In this document: in pieces, positions 1 to 12,701 of the stretch
Numbering within the stretch: the first letter of the stretch is position 1
Layout: each line of letters opens with the position of its first letter
NCBI GenBank assembly: GCA_010093745.1
Contig: MU006042.1
Coordinates: 1 to 45,699 of the forward strand
Reading direction: 5' to 3'
DNA length: 45,699 nucleotides
Source: Piedraia hortae CBS 480.64
Taxonomy: Eukaryota
The notes under the pieces: model-generated
Database searches by the model: none
Seen by the model: only the letters and a program-made list of their open reading frames with translations
What the model was told of the DNA's origin: nothing
Made by a program: the position numbers and the translations under genes

Positions 1-2180
1 CGGTTACTAATAATGCGCGTAATATACCGCATATTCACAACACTTCCTTTGATTGGCGGGTATTTCTCGGCAGGTGTCGTTAGGTTTAGTGCCATCTGAT
101 CAAGATATGGCAGCTGTGAATCACATCCATACTCCCGTGGTTGATCTAAATGCGCAATACATCGCAGCTTTCCAAATGGCAAAGTGGCAGGTTGATTTTA
201 AAACGATCGTGGATAAAATCGCGTCAACTAACTTTGGGATATCTGTTCTTGGGCTCACTCGTTAATGCATTCGACATAACCCTGGGAAACCCTAATCCAA
301 GAAATCGTGCCACATATTAGAGGAATTGTGCGAAAACAATGTGATCAACGGGCTTTCATCACATGGAGATATGACCATGGAGGCAAGAAGGAAGAGGCGA
401 CTCGCGCAGAATGATACTCAAATCTTGCGAAACTCAATCATACAGTCTAGACGCATGATGCACAAGGGAAACTATCCCTTGATATCTCATGAAGCCTGAA
501 ACGATGAAGCAAGCGGGCTGAATGTTAGATGCCCGTGGTCAGCATGCAGTGTGTGATTAGATGGAGCATCAGATTTAGCAGAATTCATATCTCGCAGAAG
601 ATGTTTCCCGCAAGGGGCGAGGTTGCGCTTTGGCGCGGCCTTGGCAACGGTGACTGGATTGCGGGGGAGCTGAACATCTCATTTTTTACCACGCCGCCAG
701 GAGATTGCGGACAGTTCAAATATGGGAATTCCTAACTACCCTTTTCCTTTTTGATCAAGGTTCTGCTTGTGAGGCAATCTGGAGAAAAGAGGCAGAGGGG
801 CTTAGCATTTTTCTCGAGGTACATATGGGGATATTATTTCCGCAAAAGTTGGGAAGCGATATGGATTTTGTCAGTGTGGAGGCATCTTTTGTCAGGGGGT
901 CTTTTCCGGGGCGAACCGAACTCAGCGAGCACTTCGGCACTTTCGAAATTTTCCAGTTGACTAATTCACAAAATTTCCAATTTGTGACGTCGGATCCCTT
1001 TAAATCGCTTATTTGAAGCATCCACCACAGATACAGGCAGTGCAGCCATCGACCCATCGCTGAGCCCCAACGCATGACACCGTTGGAAACCGCAACCAAC
1101 CGACGGGCAGCCCATTTGGAATGGTAGATAACCTGCGGTCAGTATACTTCATAAAGCACCTCTTCACCTTTTCTCACCTTTTCCACTCTATTCGTCGTCC
1201 TCACACAAGGTGACCGCCATCTTCTTGAGTTCATTTCCTGGCTTTCAACTGTTGCAGACAACATGGTTTCAAATATTACCTTGCTGCAACTCATCACTTA
1301 CACATTGGAACCGATCTTGGTCTAAGAGGCTTTGGCTTATCACCCTGAACAAAACGATGAAGTCTGTCTGGGTGATGACAAGAGTTTTCAAATTTTCTTT
1401 GAACTGTGAAGAAATACGCTGAATAACATGGCACAGACTATTTGGAGATGTGCCCGATACCTAAGCTTGATGGTTTGTTCTCCCATTCATTCTCACAGGG
1501 ACTTTGTTTATCAACATCCCTAATCCTTTCTGGTGGCGTCCTTGGGTAGACGAGGCTTGGGTCTGCACACAGTGAACATTTCGCTTAGAAGGATAGATGG
1601 ACTGAGCGACTCAAGACGATAAAGTTGGCTGCTAGGATGCAACAACGTAACCGTTAAATGACCCTTGCGCGCAGGTGTCGTTCACACTTGCTCAGTCTCC
1701 CAGCGTGAAGATGCCTCTCAAGGGTCTAATATTGACATGGCAGAGGCTTTTCTTCTGCGCCCCTTCTCTCAGCCCTTACTTTGGAGAGATTTTAAACTAT
1801 TCTTATGATAAGCTTTTGGAGAAATTCAAATTTCGGCTTTTGCAGGAAATCTCCACTTGCCTGGGCGCTCCACAACGTACCAGTGTAAGCTCACCGAACG
1901 AGCGCTCTGGATACTTCCACTGGCAGTCTCACACTCGTAGACCTACTGGCATGCGTATATCCTCATCCACCTTGCTCGACTAGTCTCCACGATATGCTGG
2001 AATTCCGTCAACTCCACGCCCTGCCTCATGGACCATCCAGCGAATAAAGCAATTCATCTGAAAAATGACATCCCAACCCCAGCAATAACTCTTGCCGAAA
2101 ATTGGCCGATTGTGCGCTCTTACGCGTGGGCTCTCTCCTTCTGTTCCCACAACATTATTTCCCCCCCCCCATCCACCAGA

Positions 2181-2562
2181 ATGGCCTACAAAGGTATCGA
2201 AGAAGTCATGCGCATGAAGCCCAAACCGTTGCAGGAGCGGCGCTTGGTGGTACGTATCTCCACACCCACACCCACAGGGTCCTAACAGGATACAGCCCGT
2301 GTCCCGTGTGTTCGACTGCATCCTCTGCAATAATGAAAAATGCGTCGTCGTGAAGCGTAACAAGAAAAAACGCACTGGGTCGCTGAAATGTGACGAGTGT
2401 GGTCGCACATATCGCGTGGAGCTCAAGGCTGGTTATAGTAAGTCTCCAACATGTTGGTTAATACTTCATTGCTGATGAAGAATAGCGATTAAGACCGCCG
2501 ATGTTTTCAGATACTGGATCCACGCGATCCATGAGATGAAGAAGAAAGAGGGGTTGTTGTAG
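2181..2562 (+). CDS. Divergent Elf1-like (transcription elongation factor 1) C4 zinc-ribbon protein, 95 aa, 3 exons
   Basis: Exons 2181-2249, 2296-2437, 2486-2562, with introns GTACGT..CTAAC..CAG (46 nt) and GTAAGT..CTGAT..TAG (48 nt), splice into one open frame: MAYKGIEEVMRMKPKPLQERRLV-PVSRVFDCILCNNEKCVVVKRNKKKRTGSLKCDECGRTYRVELKAGY-TIKTADVFRYWIHAIHEMKKKEGLL*. This fits the Elf1 pattern FxCxxCNHEKxVxVKxxKKxxxGxLxCxxCG...DVyxxWixA. Confidence 0.8.
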
Positions 2563-4892
2563 TCTGTCCAGCGGCGTATCAATGGCTTGATGGTAATTGA
2601 CCTCCGTTATCCCTTTCTCACTGTCGGAGGTTGGGCCTGTACGGCCCTAAGGAAAGTAATTTCCAGCAGGCTTGGTAATTCCACGCATTGAAGTTTATTA
2701 TATCGTTCCGGTCCGAGAGGCAAAGCTGCTATTTACTTTGCATACCCATCGCAAGTGGGTGATTTGGCAAACAACCCTTCCATCTACATATATGGAAAAC
2801 TTTGACAGCTTGTTTAGGAAACAAATCCCTCTTCCCCCCACAAAAAAAGCCAACTTAGTCTTGAAGACCGAGGAAAAGCCAAGGCCACAATGTGACTATC
2901 GTCATCCGATTCCGAAGACTCCACATTGACCCTCGTCTCCTCAGACCATGGCACCAAGCCGTTCGGAAAGAGTGTAACGCTATTAACATGTGATGAACAT
3001 GGTCCTTTGACCCTGCGACTCAGACTGACTTAGAGAGTCCACAGGGCTTTTCACGCACTTTTAGAAGGTTGTCTGTGCAAAGAACTTAACCCAGAGGAGA
3101 GAAACGACCCAGATCTGATGCAAGGCAAGATTAAAGTGCTCGACATGAGGCGGTAAATTGAAAGAGTGGGCAGTAAACGAATATTCTGCGCCGACCTAGC
3201 CACTTAAACGATCAAGTTGGAAGTATTTGAGGTAGAGAACAGGAAAGAATGACACCAGCAAAGCGACGGCACAATACAACATACACATTCGCGAAGGAGG
3301 AGGAGGATTTCGTTATTTACATGAGGGCCACGACTCGGTTTGTCTGCCCTAGATGATTTAGAAATCTGGGGTTTAGAGAGGCACTCCAAGCCTGATAATG
3401 ATGACCCATTCACCATCAGAATGAGAGTTCTAACTACCAGTCCTATAGGTAATTACACTTCAATCTAAAATGCAGAGGTGCCCCCGTTTACCATCGACTC
3501 TCAGAACCCCCAGTAAAACTTGCAAGGGTAAATGGCGGAAGTTAGTCGAAGAGGAGCCTGAAAATACACCGCCGCGGAAACGCTTGTAATGAATGTTAGG
3601 TGTTCCCGTTCCAGCGGCAACAACGAGAAGATTCGGAAATTGAAGCGCCTGTATAAGCCGTGAAGCCGTTGGTTGTAATTCGCGATCTCAGCGGTGACAG
3701 GATATAGCCGTAGAGTCTGTCCTAAAATCTTTCCACGGAACTGACAAATCTTTCGATCTACTCAAACTCGCACTTCGAGATATCAATAGCGCGTGCCAGA
3801 CAAGCCTACAGCCAGCGAGTTAGCCGGTCTTTTCGGCCTCATACTCTCGATTCTGAAGATATGCTGACCGGTTAGGCCACCTTCCCCAGCCACGTTAGCC
3901 CTCTAACTCGTGTGTGCACATCCAGTGAACGTCCCATTGTTTGCTCAAGGACATAGTGGGACATGCTTCGCCGTTTCAGAGATAAAACATTGGGATGTAT
4001 CGATCCCCGTTAAAATAAAGAGCAGCGTTGGCGTAAGCTGAGGTGATTTTTCCGGTATCACGCCGAACCAGTAACGCTTACCACGCTCATGTAGGGCTGT
4101 ATGATGTTTGGAGACATTGATTAAGCAAGAAGACGATGTCCATCTCTCTGGGTGCATTTGGGTAGTGCTGACGAACAGCAGCTGATGAGTAGGATAACGA
4201 AGCAAAAACTTCGCCAGCCAGCTTAGTTCACGAGACTTTACGTTCACGTTGGTAAACGGATGAGTTGCTTCAGAGATGGTATCGGTCCAAATCTCTCTTA
4301 TTGTTGACATAGTTGTTGTATCTCCGACATACGATGATCAACGCGCAGGTACTAGTTGCTTTAGCTTGTTAAATGAAGAGAGCTTTTCAACAATCTTTTT
4401 TTTCGTTTTTGTTTTTGTTTTTATAGAGTAGTGAATATATCCAGGTATTGAATTGAGGCCATCGGGGATGGCGGTCGTTTAAATCTGACGATTTTTGGGT
4501 TTGTGTGCTTGTGTTTGTGCATCTTTGTGGGAAAAGGTGGATGTCTATCCAAAGGGTCCCATGCGGGATGAGTGCGACGCCACCATTCACGAGCAAAATT
4601 TTTTCAGAAGTGGAAAATTCTGTGGAGTCCCAGATATCAACCACCTCGCAGCATTAGTGTCACAAACATACAAAATTGGTTATTTGTGTCCTTGTGCGTG
4701 TTTATGAGCATGCCGAGACGGAGCAACCCGCTTGGCCGGCCCCACTGAGTCCTGGCAAAATCTCAGGTGTGGTTTTCATTTGCGGAAAATTGGATGACAG
4801 GTGAACACAGTTTTCAACACAAATTAGGCATAACAATAGTATACATCACAGCGTCAACAAATCATCACGAACATACAGTCATCGTCCAATTC

Positions 4893-6206
4893 TCAAGGAA
4901 TAGCAACCGGCTTCTCGACCTCGCTCTTCTCCTTTTCCTTCCCCTCTTGAGGTACGAGTTTCCTCTCAACAGTCCTGATCCATCTCCTTCTCCTCCACTC
5001 GCCATGTTTCACATTTTGCCCGAGCCCCGTGACTTCCTCCCATCCTGCTCTTGGGGTATCCGAAGCCTGGCCGGTTTCATCGTCTCGAGAATCGAGATCA
5101 TAAACCCATCGCTCGCCTTCGCATTCGATTCCAACGGAAGTGATGAGTCTCTGCTCGACCCACTCGCGAGGGTAGAGGTCAAGGGTCCATTTCTTACCCT
5201 TCCATTGCCATCCAGAGGGGGGCACAACATCCTCGAAGAACTGCGTTCCTTTGGGACGCATGCCGGCAACACGGACGGAAGAGAGATAGTCGAAGGGTGA
5301 TGAAGTGAAAAGCCAGGGTTCCCAGGAGCTGTCGTCAGAGCGTGGACGGTGTCTTTGTAGCTCGAAGATTTCTACTTGACGAGTTTCCTGGGCCTCATCT
5401 AGGATAGCGTCGGCGTCGAGAGTTTGACGCAACTGCCATGCCTTTTCCTTTAGTGCCGTTGGGTTGGATCGCTGCTCAAGCTGCCGTTTGACCTCTGGGT
5501 GGCCGGATATAGTGGCTATCCAGCCGGCTGCGAGACAGACAAACCGCCAGGGGACAAGGGCAGAGCCGATCAAGCCTACGCAAGTCAGTGCGAAGAGGAC
5601 TACAAAAAGCATGCTGCTCAACCCCTCGTCGCTGAAATCGGTATAGGGGACTACATAATCATTGACGGCATCGTGGAGACGGCTGAAGTCATCCATGCTG
5701 TTCTGAAGGTCACGCATGTTGCGGAAGAACTCGCGGCTGGTCTCGGGTGCGGGTTTGGGACGTGTGGCAGGCGCCAGGGGCGGACCGGCGTAGCTCTGGC
5801 CAACGCGTGGATCGTTGCCAGATTTTGGATGGCGGACGAGGAAAGCTGGTAGCATAATGCCCAACAGAAGGCCGACGAGAGGCACGAGCGGCAGCAGGTG
5901 CGGTCGCAGGCAGAGCAATGAGTAGACAGCCAGAAATGACATGGTCTCGGTGGGGTGTTTCCAGCTGAAAAGGTGGATGAGACGGTTTTGTCCGACGAAG
6001 ACAACGCCCACGCGGGCGTTGAAGCGGCGGAAATTGGCGCTCATGACGGGCAAACTGAAGCCGGGCCGGTCCACGTACTGCCGACTGCGTTTGTCGTCTT
6101 CGCCGCCCGGCAGCAGTCCGTTGATGGCAATGCGGTCGTGGAAGTTATCCTTTACTTCGCGCATCTTGCCGCGAAGGCTCCTGTAGCTGTCGTGGTTGGA
6201 TTCCAT
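4893..6206 (-). CDS. Integral peroxisomal/ER membrane peroxin, Pex24/Pex28/Pex29 family with C-terminal dysferlin-like region
   Basis: 437-aa ORF with FSLPVMSANFRRFNARVG, FFRNMRDLQNSMDDFS, hydrophobic reticulon-like segments, VEIFELQR and a Trp-rich tail ending GEWRRRRWIRTV. Confidence 0.85.
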   Translation of the reverse strand: MESNHDSYRSLRGKMREVKDNFHDRIAINGLLPGGEDDKRSRQYVDRPGFSLPVMSANFRRFNARVGVVFVGQNRLIHLFSWKHPTETMSFLAVYSLLCLRPHLLPLVPLVGLLLGIMLPAFLVRHPKSGNDPRVGQSYAGPPLAPATRPKPAPETSREFFRNMRDLQNSMDDFSRLHDAVNDYVVPYTDFSDEGLSSMLFVVLFALTCVGLIGSALVPWRFVCLAAGWIATISGHPEVKRQLEQRSNPTALKEKAWQLRQTLDADAILDEAQETRQVEIFELQRHRPRSDDSSWEPWLFTSSPFDYLSSVRVAGMRPKGTQFFEDVVPPSGWQWKGKKWTLDLYPREWVEQRLITSVGIECEGERWVYDLDSRDDETGQASDTPRAGWEEVTGLGQNVKHGEWRRRRWIRTVERKLVPQEGKEKEKSEVEKPVAIP

Positions 6207-6563
6207 TTGGCGTGGTGAGTGGTTTGAGTGTGTTTTTCTTGGCGTCTTTAGGCTTTGTCAATATCAACTGGGCGTGGATAGCTGAGATGGTGGTGGTGGT
6301 GATGGTGGTGGTGACCAGCCTATACAGCCTGCTGGAAGAAGTCCAGGAGCTGCTCGACAGCTACCAAATAGCTAACAGGGGAATAGCAAAGAGCAATACG
6401 TGAACCATAGACCATCAATAACACCGGGAAGCCGGTATGCGCTTGAGATGCTGCTATCCAAAGGCCTGTTCGGCCTGAAGCCATGATGTCACCGAAGACG
6501 TCTTCACGTGAATGACTAACCATCTATTCCGTAACAAGTCTACAAAACGCCTGAATGTGAAGC

Positions 6564-7745
6564 TCATTCGTTGTAATGATATACCTGGGGCTGTCAGCTA
6601 CCGTCTACAACGACGTCCGAGACACTCACAAAATAGTCAGGCAACCCCGTGGCCTTCCAACCGAGCCGCTGCGCCATCTTGGCAAAACCCTCGGTCTCGA
6701 TGAGATGGTAAAAGGGAAAGGGAGGGAACATTGCGCCATCGCGGTGCACCTCAGCCTTGACGAGCAGCGCGGTGCCGCCAACGCCATCCAGCGGAATCTC
6801 GCGCTTGCCGTCCGTCTTGGCCTCGGGGTCCGTCATGTGCGCCATCAGGCTGCGGTACGTGGCGAGCTCTGCGTAGCCCTCGAGCAGCAAGTCGTCAGGG
6901 CCCATCTTCCGCCCGAGGTCTTGGGCTGTCTGCGAATCCTGCCAGCTATTGAAGTCGTAGGGCCGCACGTCCATGGCGTTGCGTTCCTTGTTGAAGTAAC
7001 GCTGGTAGCAGTTGGGCACAATGATGGGCTTGTTATGGCTTGCGAGGTCTTGGATCAGCGTGCGCGGAGTCTCGATAATATCGCTGTCCAGCCACAGGAC
7101 CCACGAAGTTGTTGGGCCCAGCGTGCTGAATAGTAGCGCGTTGCGCGCCTTGCTCATCGACGCTCTCCGTTCCTTCTGGGCCCCCAGTGCATGCCGCTCT
7201 GCCTCGGTCTGGGCAAAAGGCGGCTCGCTGTCCTGCCGCAAAATGGTGATTGACGCAAATCGATGCTTGTTGGTCGGCGCCTGCGTCTTCTGGATGCGCT
7301 CCTGCAGCTGCAGTGTTGCCAAATTGCCTTCTCGGCCGCGAGGAATGATGAACCCGAGACTGATGAGCTCGTGCGGAAACGTCAGCCGGCATAAATTCTC
7401 CCAGTACTCGTCGTAAAAGCGCGCGAGGGGCGTTAGGATCAGCACGCTCTCCTTATTGCCTATGGGGTCGCTAGTGGCCGTGATATTGTTCATGTGGTAG
7501 TGTACGACTGGAGGAGGCGGCGCAGTCTCGCCTTCTGCCAGTTTTGCGGGCTTACGGAATGGCAAGCTGGGTGGTGACAGCGCATTGGGCGCCGTGTCTT
7601 TGCTGCCCAGGAGCTGCCGCGTGGCCTCGGGATTAGGAAGCGGCGTACCATCTGCTACAAAGAAGTAGGCGAATACAAGGCAGAGGCCTATGGCGAGCAC
7701 ATAGGTCAGTGTGTGGTTCCGCCGCAGGGAACGGGCAACGGCCAT
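6564..7745 (-). CDS. MNN9: Mannan polymerase complex subunit Mnn9 (Anp1 family, GT62), 378 aa, 2 exons
   Basis: Exons 7745-6630 and 6584-6564 (intron GTGAGT..CTGAC..CAG, 45 nt) give the C-terminus GLPDYF-VYHYNE*. Type II N-terminal TM, VLILTPLARF, WLDSD (DxD), LDGVGG and IETEGFAKMA are present. The VYH ending is Mnn9-like rather than Anp1/Van1-like (IWHIYE). Confidence 0.9.
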
Positions 7746-7828
7746 TGTGTGGGCGGGCGTCTCATTACCGGCAACACGTGTGCAGTAGGATTACGTTATT
7801 TCATGACGTTATTCAGCCGCTATCAGTT

Positions 7829-8535
7829 TCACTTGATCGTCCGCACCAGCCCTCGCAGATCGCCGCCCTCGACCCAATCATCGCTTGCGGTCTGGCCCCA
7901 CCCCTCGGGCACGTCACCGAGAACCCGCGCGGGGCTCCCGCCCACCACCGACCCCGGTGGGATGACCATGTGCGGCGGCACCACAGTGTGTGGCAGCAGC
8001 TGACAGGAATCCTTGATGACCGAAAACGGCATCAGCACGCACCCTTCTCCAATGTGCACGTGCGATGAAATGGAAACGCTCGACACGTGCGTACCAGGGC
8101 CTATGAAGACGTTGTCCCCAATACGCATAGGATAGTAGACCATTTGTCCGCGACTCAGACGCATCGGCGGCCGGATGGTGCAGCCAGTTGCGATTACGGT
8201 TGCCCTGGCTGTGTCAGTTTAAAGAGGAGCAACGGGGATAAAACCTCACTTTCCAATCGAAATGGCAGTAATGTTCACGGCTTTGTCCTCCTCTCCCGGC
8301 TTTTCCTGCCTGCGACAGAGGTCGCCCCGCAGCACTACATCTGCCATGATGACCGACTTGCCAGCCAACATGATGTTCTGCTTGCCCTCAATGTGCGATC
8401 TGCGGGATATTTTGTTCCCCGTTTCCTGCCAAGCAAGGTGAGTGTTGGACAACGCAACGTAGCTAGACTTACGGTTTCAATGTACTCGCCCTTTCCCGAC
8501 CGTCTGCTCACCAGCCCCGTGCGAGCGGACGACAT
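7829..8535 (-). CDS. DCTN5: Dynactin subunit p25 (left-handed beta-helix), 204 aa, 3 exons
   Basis: Exons 8535-8473, 8425-8250, 8204-7829 give EYIET-ETGNKISRRSHIEGKQNIMLAGKSVI...LRGDL...IGK-ATVIATGCTIRPP...YYPMRIGDNVFIG, with hexapeptide repeats and canonical GT-AG introns. Confidence 0.9.
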
Positions 8536-8626
8536 TGTATTCCTTTGTTACAGTCGCGGTCGAGGCACGTGATTGGCGTTTGCCGCGTAGTTGAAGTTGA
8601 TATCGACGTGAAGAGGTAGAAGTAAA

Positions 8627-9814
8627 ATGTTCTCGCGCCCACAATCCCGCAAAGCAAACACAGTAACCGATGTCGAAAAAGGTCATGCAAATCCCCAAGG
8701 CCACAACTGGATGTCCTTCCTCCCAGACTCGACGAAACCCAACAAACTCACCATACCTGGAACCCACGATTCAACAACCTATCTCTCCTCCATCCCCTAC
8801 GTAAAGACCCAAACCCTGTCCATCCCATCGCAACTCAACCTTGGCGTCCGTTTCTTCGACCTCCGCTGTCGGCTAAACAACAACGGGATCCCCATCCTCG
8901 TCCACGGCCGGGCCTCGCTGGGGATAACCCTCGCTGAGGTCCTACAGGATGTCTACACCTGGCTAGAACATAACCCGACCGAGGGGGTGATAGTCATGAT
9001 CAAACACGAGCTTGATGAGGCGTCGCTACCGGATAAAGAAGGGAGCAAACAGTTTGCGCTCGCCATATCGACCCTCGTGCATGCGCGCAAAGAAGCATGG
9101 GTTCTGGGCCGGTCGACGCCGCGGCTGGGCCATCTCCGTGGCAAGGTTCAGCTGTTTCGGCGGTTTCGCTGTGCGGGACCTTTGGGGGTCGATTTGAGTG
9201 GTTGGGTGGACAATTCCCCCGTGCCTTTTGTTATCAGACATGTCTATCGTCGACACAAGAAGAAGAGTCTTGAAAAGGATGGCAAACCTCCGAAACTTGT
9301 TTCGCTCAGGTTTACGATCCAGGACCATTACACGCCGCTGACGCCCTTGTCGTTGCCAGATTGGATCATCCACAAGGGCGCCAAGATTCGTGAGTTGCTG
9401 CGTTTGGCTGCTCTGCCTAGTTTAGAGGATGGCGAGGATTGGTTTATCAACTTCACGAGTGCTTACGAGTTCAACTGGTACTACCAGTGTACGCCGCGGG
9501 CCATTGCTGTGGGCGGGTACCATTTCTGGAGATGGTATACTGGCGTCAATGTGCGTGTCGAGGGGTTTCTCAAGACCGAGACTTCAGATACCAAGGGGAA
9601 GAGGAGACGTTATGGGGTCATTGTAAGTGATTTTGTCACAGAGGGTGCAAGCAATCTTGTTGGGGCGGTTGTTGGCATGAATTTCGATCGACATGACGAC
9701 GACGACGACGACGACGACGATGATGGTGCAGAAGCAAGAATGATGATAATCATTGCTGGGTTAATGGTCTTGTTCGTCATATTCATGACTTGTCTAATCT
9801 GCTTGGATTGGTAG
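8627..9814 (+). CDS. PI-PLC X-domain phosphodiesterase (bacterial-type PI-PLC fold) with C-terminal hydrophobic tail
   Basis: 395-aa ORF with LTIPGTHDS, TQTLSIPSQLNLGVRFFDLR, LVHG, LEHNPTEGVIVMIK, TPRLGHLRGK, IQDHY and WFINFTS. Both catalytic His are present. Confidence 0.85.
   Translation: MFSRPQSRKANTVTDVEKGHANPQGHNWMSFLPDSTKPNKLTIPGTHDSTTYLSSIPYVKTQTLSIPSQLNLGVRFFDLRCRLNNNGIPILVHGRASLGITLAEVLQDVYTWLEHNPTEGVIVMIKHELDEASLPDKEGSKQFALAISTLVHARKEAWVLGRSTPRLGHLRGKVQLFRRFRCAGPLGVDLSGWVDNSPVPFVIRHVYRRHKKKSLEKDGKPPKLVSLRFTIQDHYTPLTPLSLPDWIIHKGAKIRELLRLAALPSLEDGEDWFINFTSAYEFNWYYQCTPRAIAVGGYHFWRWYTGVNVRVEGFLKTETSDTKGKRRRYGVIVSDFVTEGASNLVGAVVGMNFDRHDDDDDDDDDDGAEARMMIIIAGLMVLFVIFMTCLICLDW
9695..9724 (+). 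repeat. (GAC)8(GAT)2 trinucleotide tract encoding poly-Asp10
   Basis: Read directly from the sequence, inside the PI-PLC CDS. Confidence 0.95.
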
Positions 9815-9826
9815 ACGAAGACAGGT

Positions 9827-11069
<1,243 letters not shown>

Positions 11070-11237
11070 TCAAGCGAGGGCACGGATGACGCAATTGTAA
11101 AAAGTTTTCCGTGACCGCGTCTATCAAGACACCGACTGAGAAAACGCCGGTTATGGTACATCTACACGCATCAACCAAGAAATGCCATTAGCCCACGTGC
11201 TCGATCTGCCGTTCATTTATCCGCCTGCCTTCGCCGT

Positions 11238-11924
11238 CTAGCATGTAGCGTCCGCCGCTCGCGAGTTCATCAACAATGCCACAATCAAACCATAGAGACC
11301 TGCACATGTTAGCTTTGCCTTGCCAATCGCCGTCTCACTGACCGAGGACTTCAGCGAAAATGAGAATCAGAATCATGCCGACAAAGAGTCTGGGCTGCTG
11401 TGCGGTTCCACGGACACCGGCATCACCAACGATCCCAATGGCAAAGCCCGCGGCTAGACCGGCAAGACCGACTGAGAGACCGGCTCCGAGCTGGATAAAG
11501 TTGGAGAAGAGCGTAGTGTTTTGTCCGAGGTTGTTGGAGATCAGCACCGAGACGACCAGGCCGTAGATGGCAATGATACCCGCCATGATGACGGGAATGA
11601 TGTCTGTCGTAGTTAGCGCTTCATTTCCAAGGCCTTCAGGTCGCACACACTCTTGACAATGAGGTCCGGCCGGAGCACGCCCATGGCCGAGATGCCAACG
11701 CCGGCCTTTGCTGTGCCGTAGGCGGCGCCAAAGCAAGTGAAGACAATGGCGGACATGCAGCCCATGGCGCCGAAGAAGGGCTAGTACATGTTAATCTTTG
11801 TGATCCCTAGGGTCGTTCATCATTGCAAAACGTACAGCATAGACGGGACTGATAGCGGATGGTCAGTGACGCGTCCCCCTGAAGCCTCCCAGGACGCCAA
11901 AACTTACCAGTTATCTGAAGACAT
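11238..11924 (-). CDS. VMA3: V-type ATPase 16 kDa proteolipid subunit c, 160 aa, 5 exons
   Basis: Exons 11924-11908, 11848-11836 (13-nt micro-exon), 11780-11651, 11603-11343, 11299-11238 give MSSDNCPVYAPFFGAMG...[10 protein letters not shown]...[16 protein letters not shown]...[19 protein letters not shown]. Confidence 0.95.
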
Positions 11925-12224
11925 GGCGGCTGTGAGAAGTGAAGTGTGCACTTTGAACCGGGTGGTTTAGAGCGACGCGCGACGGGCGATGGGAGAAAGG
12001 AGCGGGTGGTCGAGATGTCGTTGACCGTCACGGAGTTGCCCCGAGGCCCAAGCTTCCGGCTTGGCGTCAGACCACGCTAGAGGGAGTTCCCGCGCACTTG
12101 CAACTTTTGCGAACAACTAAAAAAAAAAGTTACCGAACGCAATCGAACACCACACACACTCACACCAGGCAGTGAGCCAGCAGGCGAGCCATTCAAATCA
12201 AACCCTACCGTACAACACATCGCA

Positions 12225-12701
12225 ATGTCTGCCGAAGGTGCAGCTTGGCCCGTGGCGGACGCGGCGCTTTCGCAAGAGATTCTGGATCTGGTGCAACAGG
12301 CACAGAATTCCCGTCAATTGAAGAAGGGCGCAAATGAGGCTACAAAGACGTTAAACAGAGGTGGGCATTCAATAAATAACGCATGTTCTCCTAAGCTAAG
12401 CATTCGCAGGTATCTCTGAACTCATCATCCTTGCTGCCGATACCGCTCCGCTCGCAATCATATTGCATTTGCCGTTGGTCTGCGAGGACAAGAACACTCC
12501 CTACGTCTATGTCCCCAGCAAAATGGCTCTCGGACGTGAGTTGACACCAAGACACACTGTCGAACATGGGCTAACGTTGTAATAGGTGCATGCGGTGTCA
12601 GTCGCGCTGTGATTGCCTGCAGCATCACCACCAACGAGTCGGGCGAACTAACGCCTCAAATCCGTGCATTAAAGGATAAAGTTGAGCGTTTGGCTATATA
12701 A
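12225..12701 (+). CDS. SNU13: Snu13 / 15.5K kink-turn RNA-binding protein (L7Ae family), 125 aa, 3 exons
   Basis: Exons 12225-12360, 12410-12535, 12586-12701 give AWPVAD...[27 protein letters not shown]...[11 protein letters not shown]...SKMALGR-ACGVSR. Confidence 0.95.

Noticed and set aside
4327..4400. ACATACGA start resembling the 5' end of fungal 5S rRNA
   Set aside because: Similarity stops after 8 nt, and no 5S internal motifs follow.
6320..6523. 67-aa minus-strand ORF between MNN9 and the peroxin
   Set aside because: No recognisable motif or splice link to either neighbour; most likely UTR/promoter DNA.
6576..7416. Long + strand ORFs opposite MNN9 (similar ones lie opposite SFA1, the aspartic protease, securin, PTR2 and the TF)
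   Set aside because: Antisense shadows of GC-rich codon-biased genes with no independent protein features.
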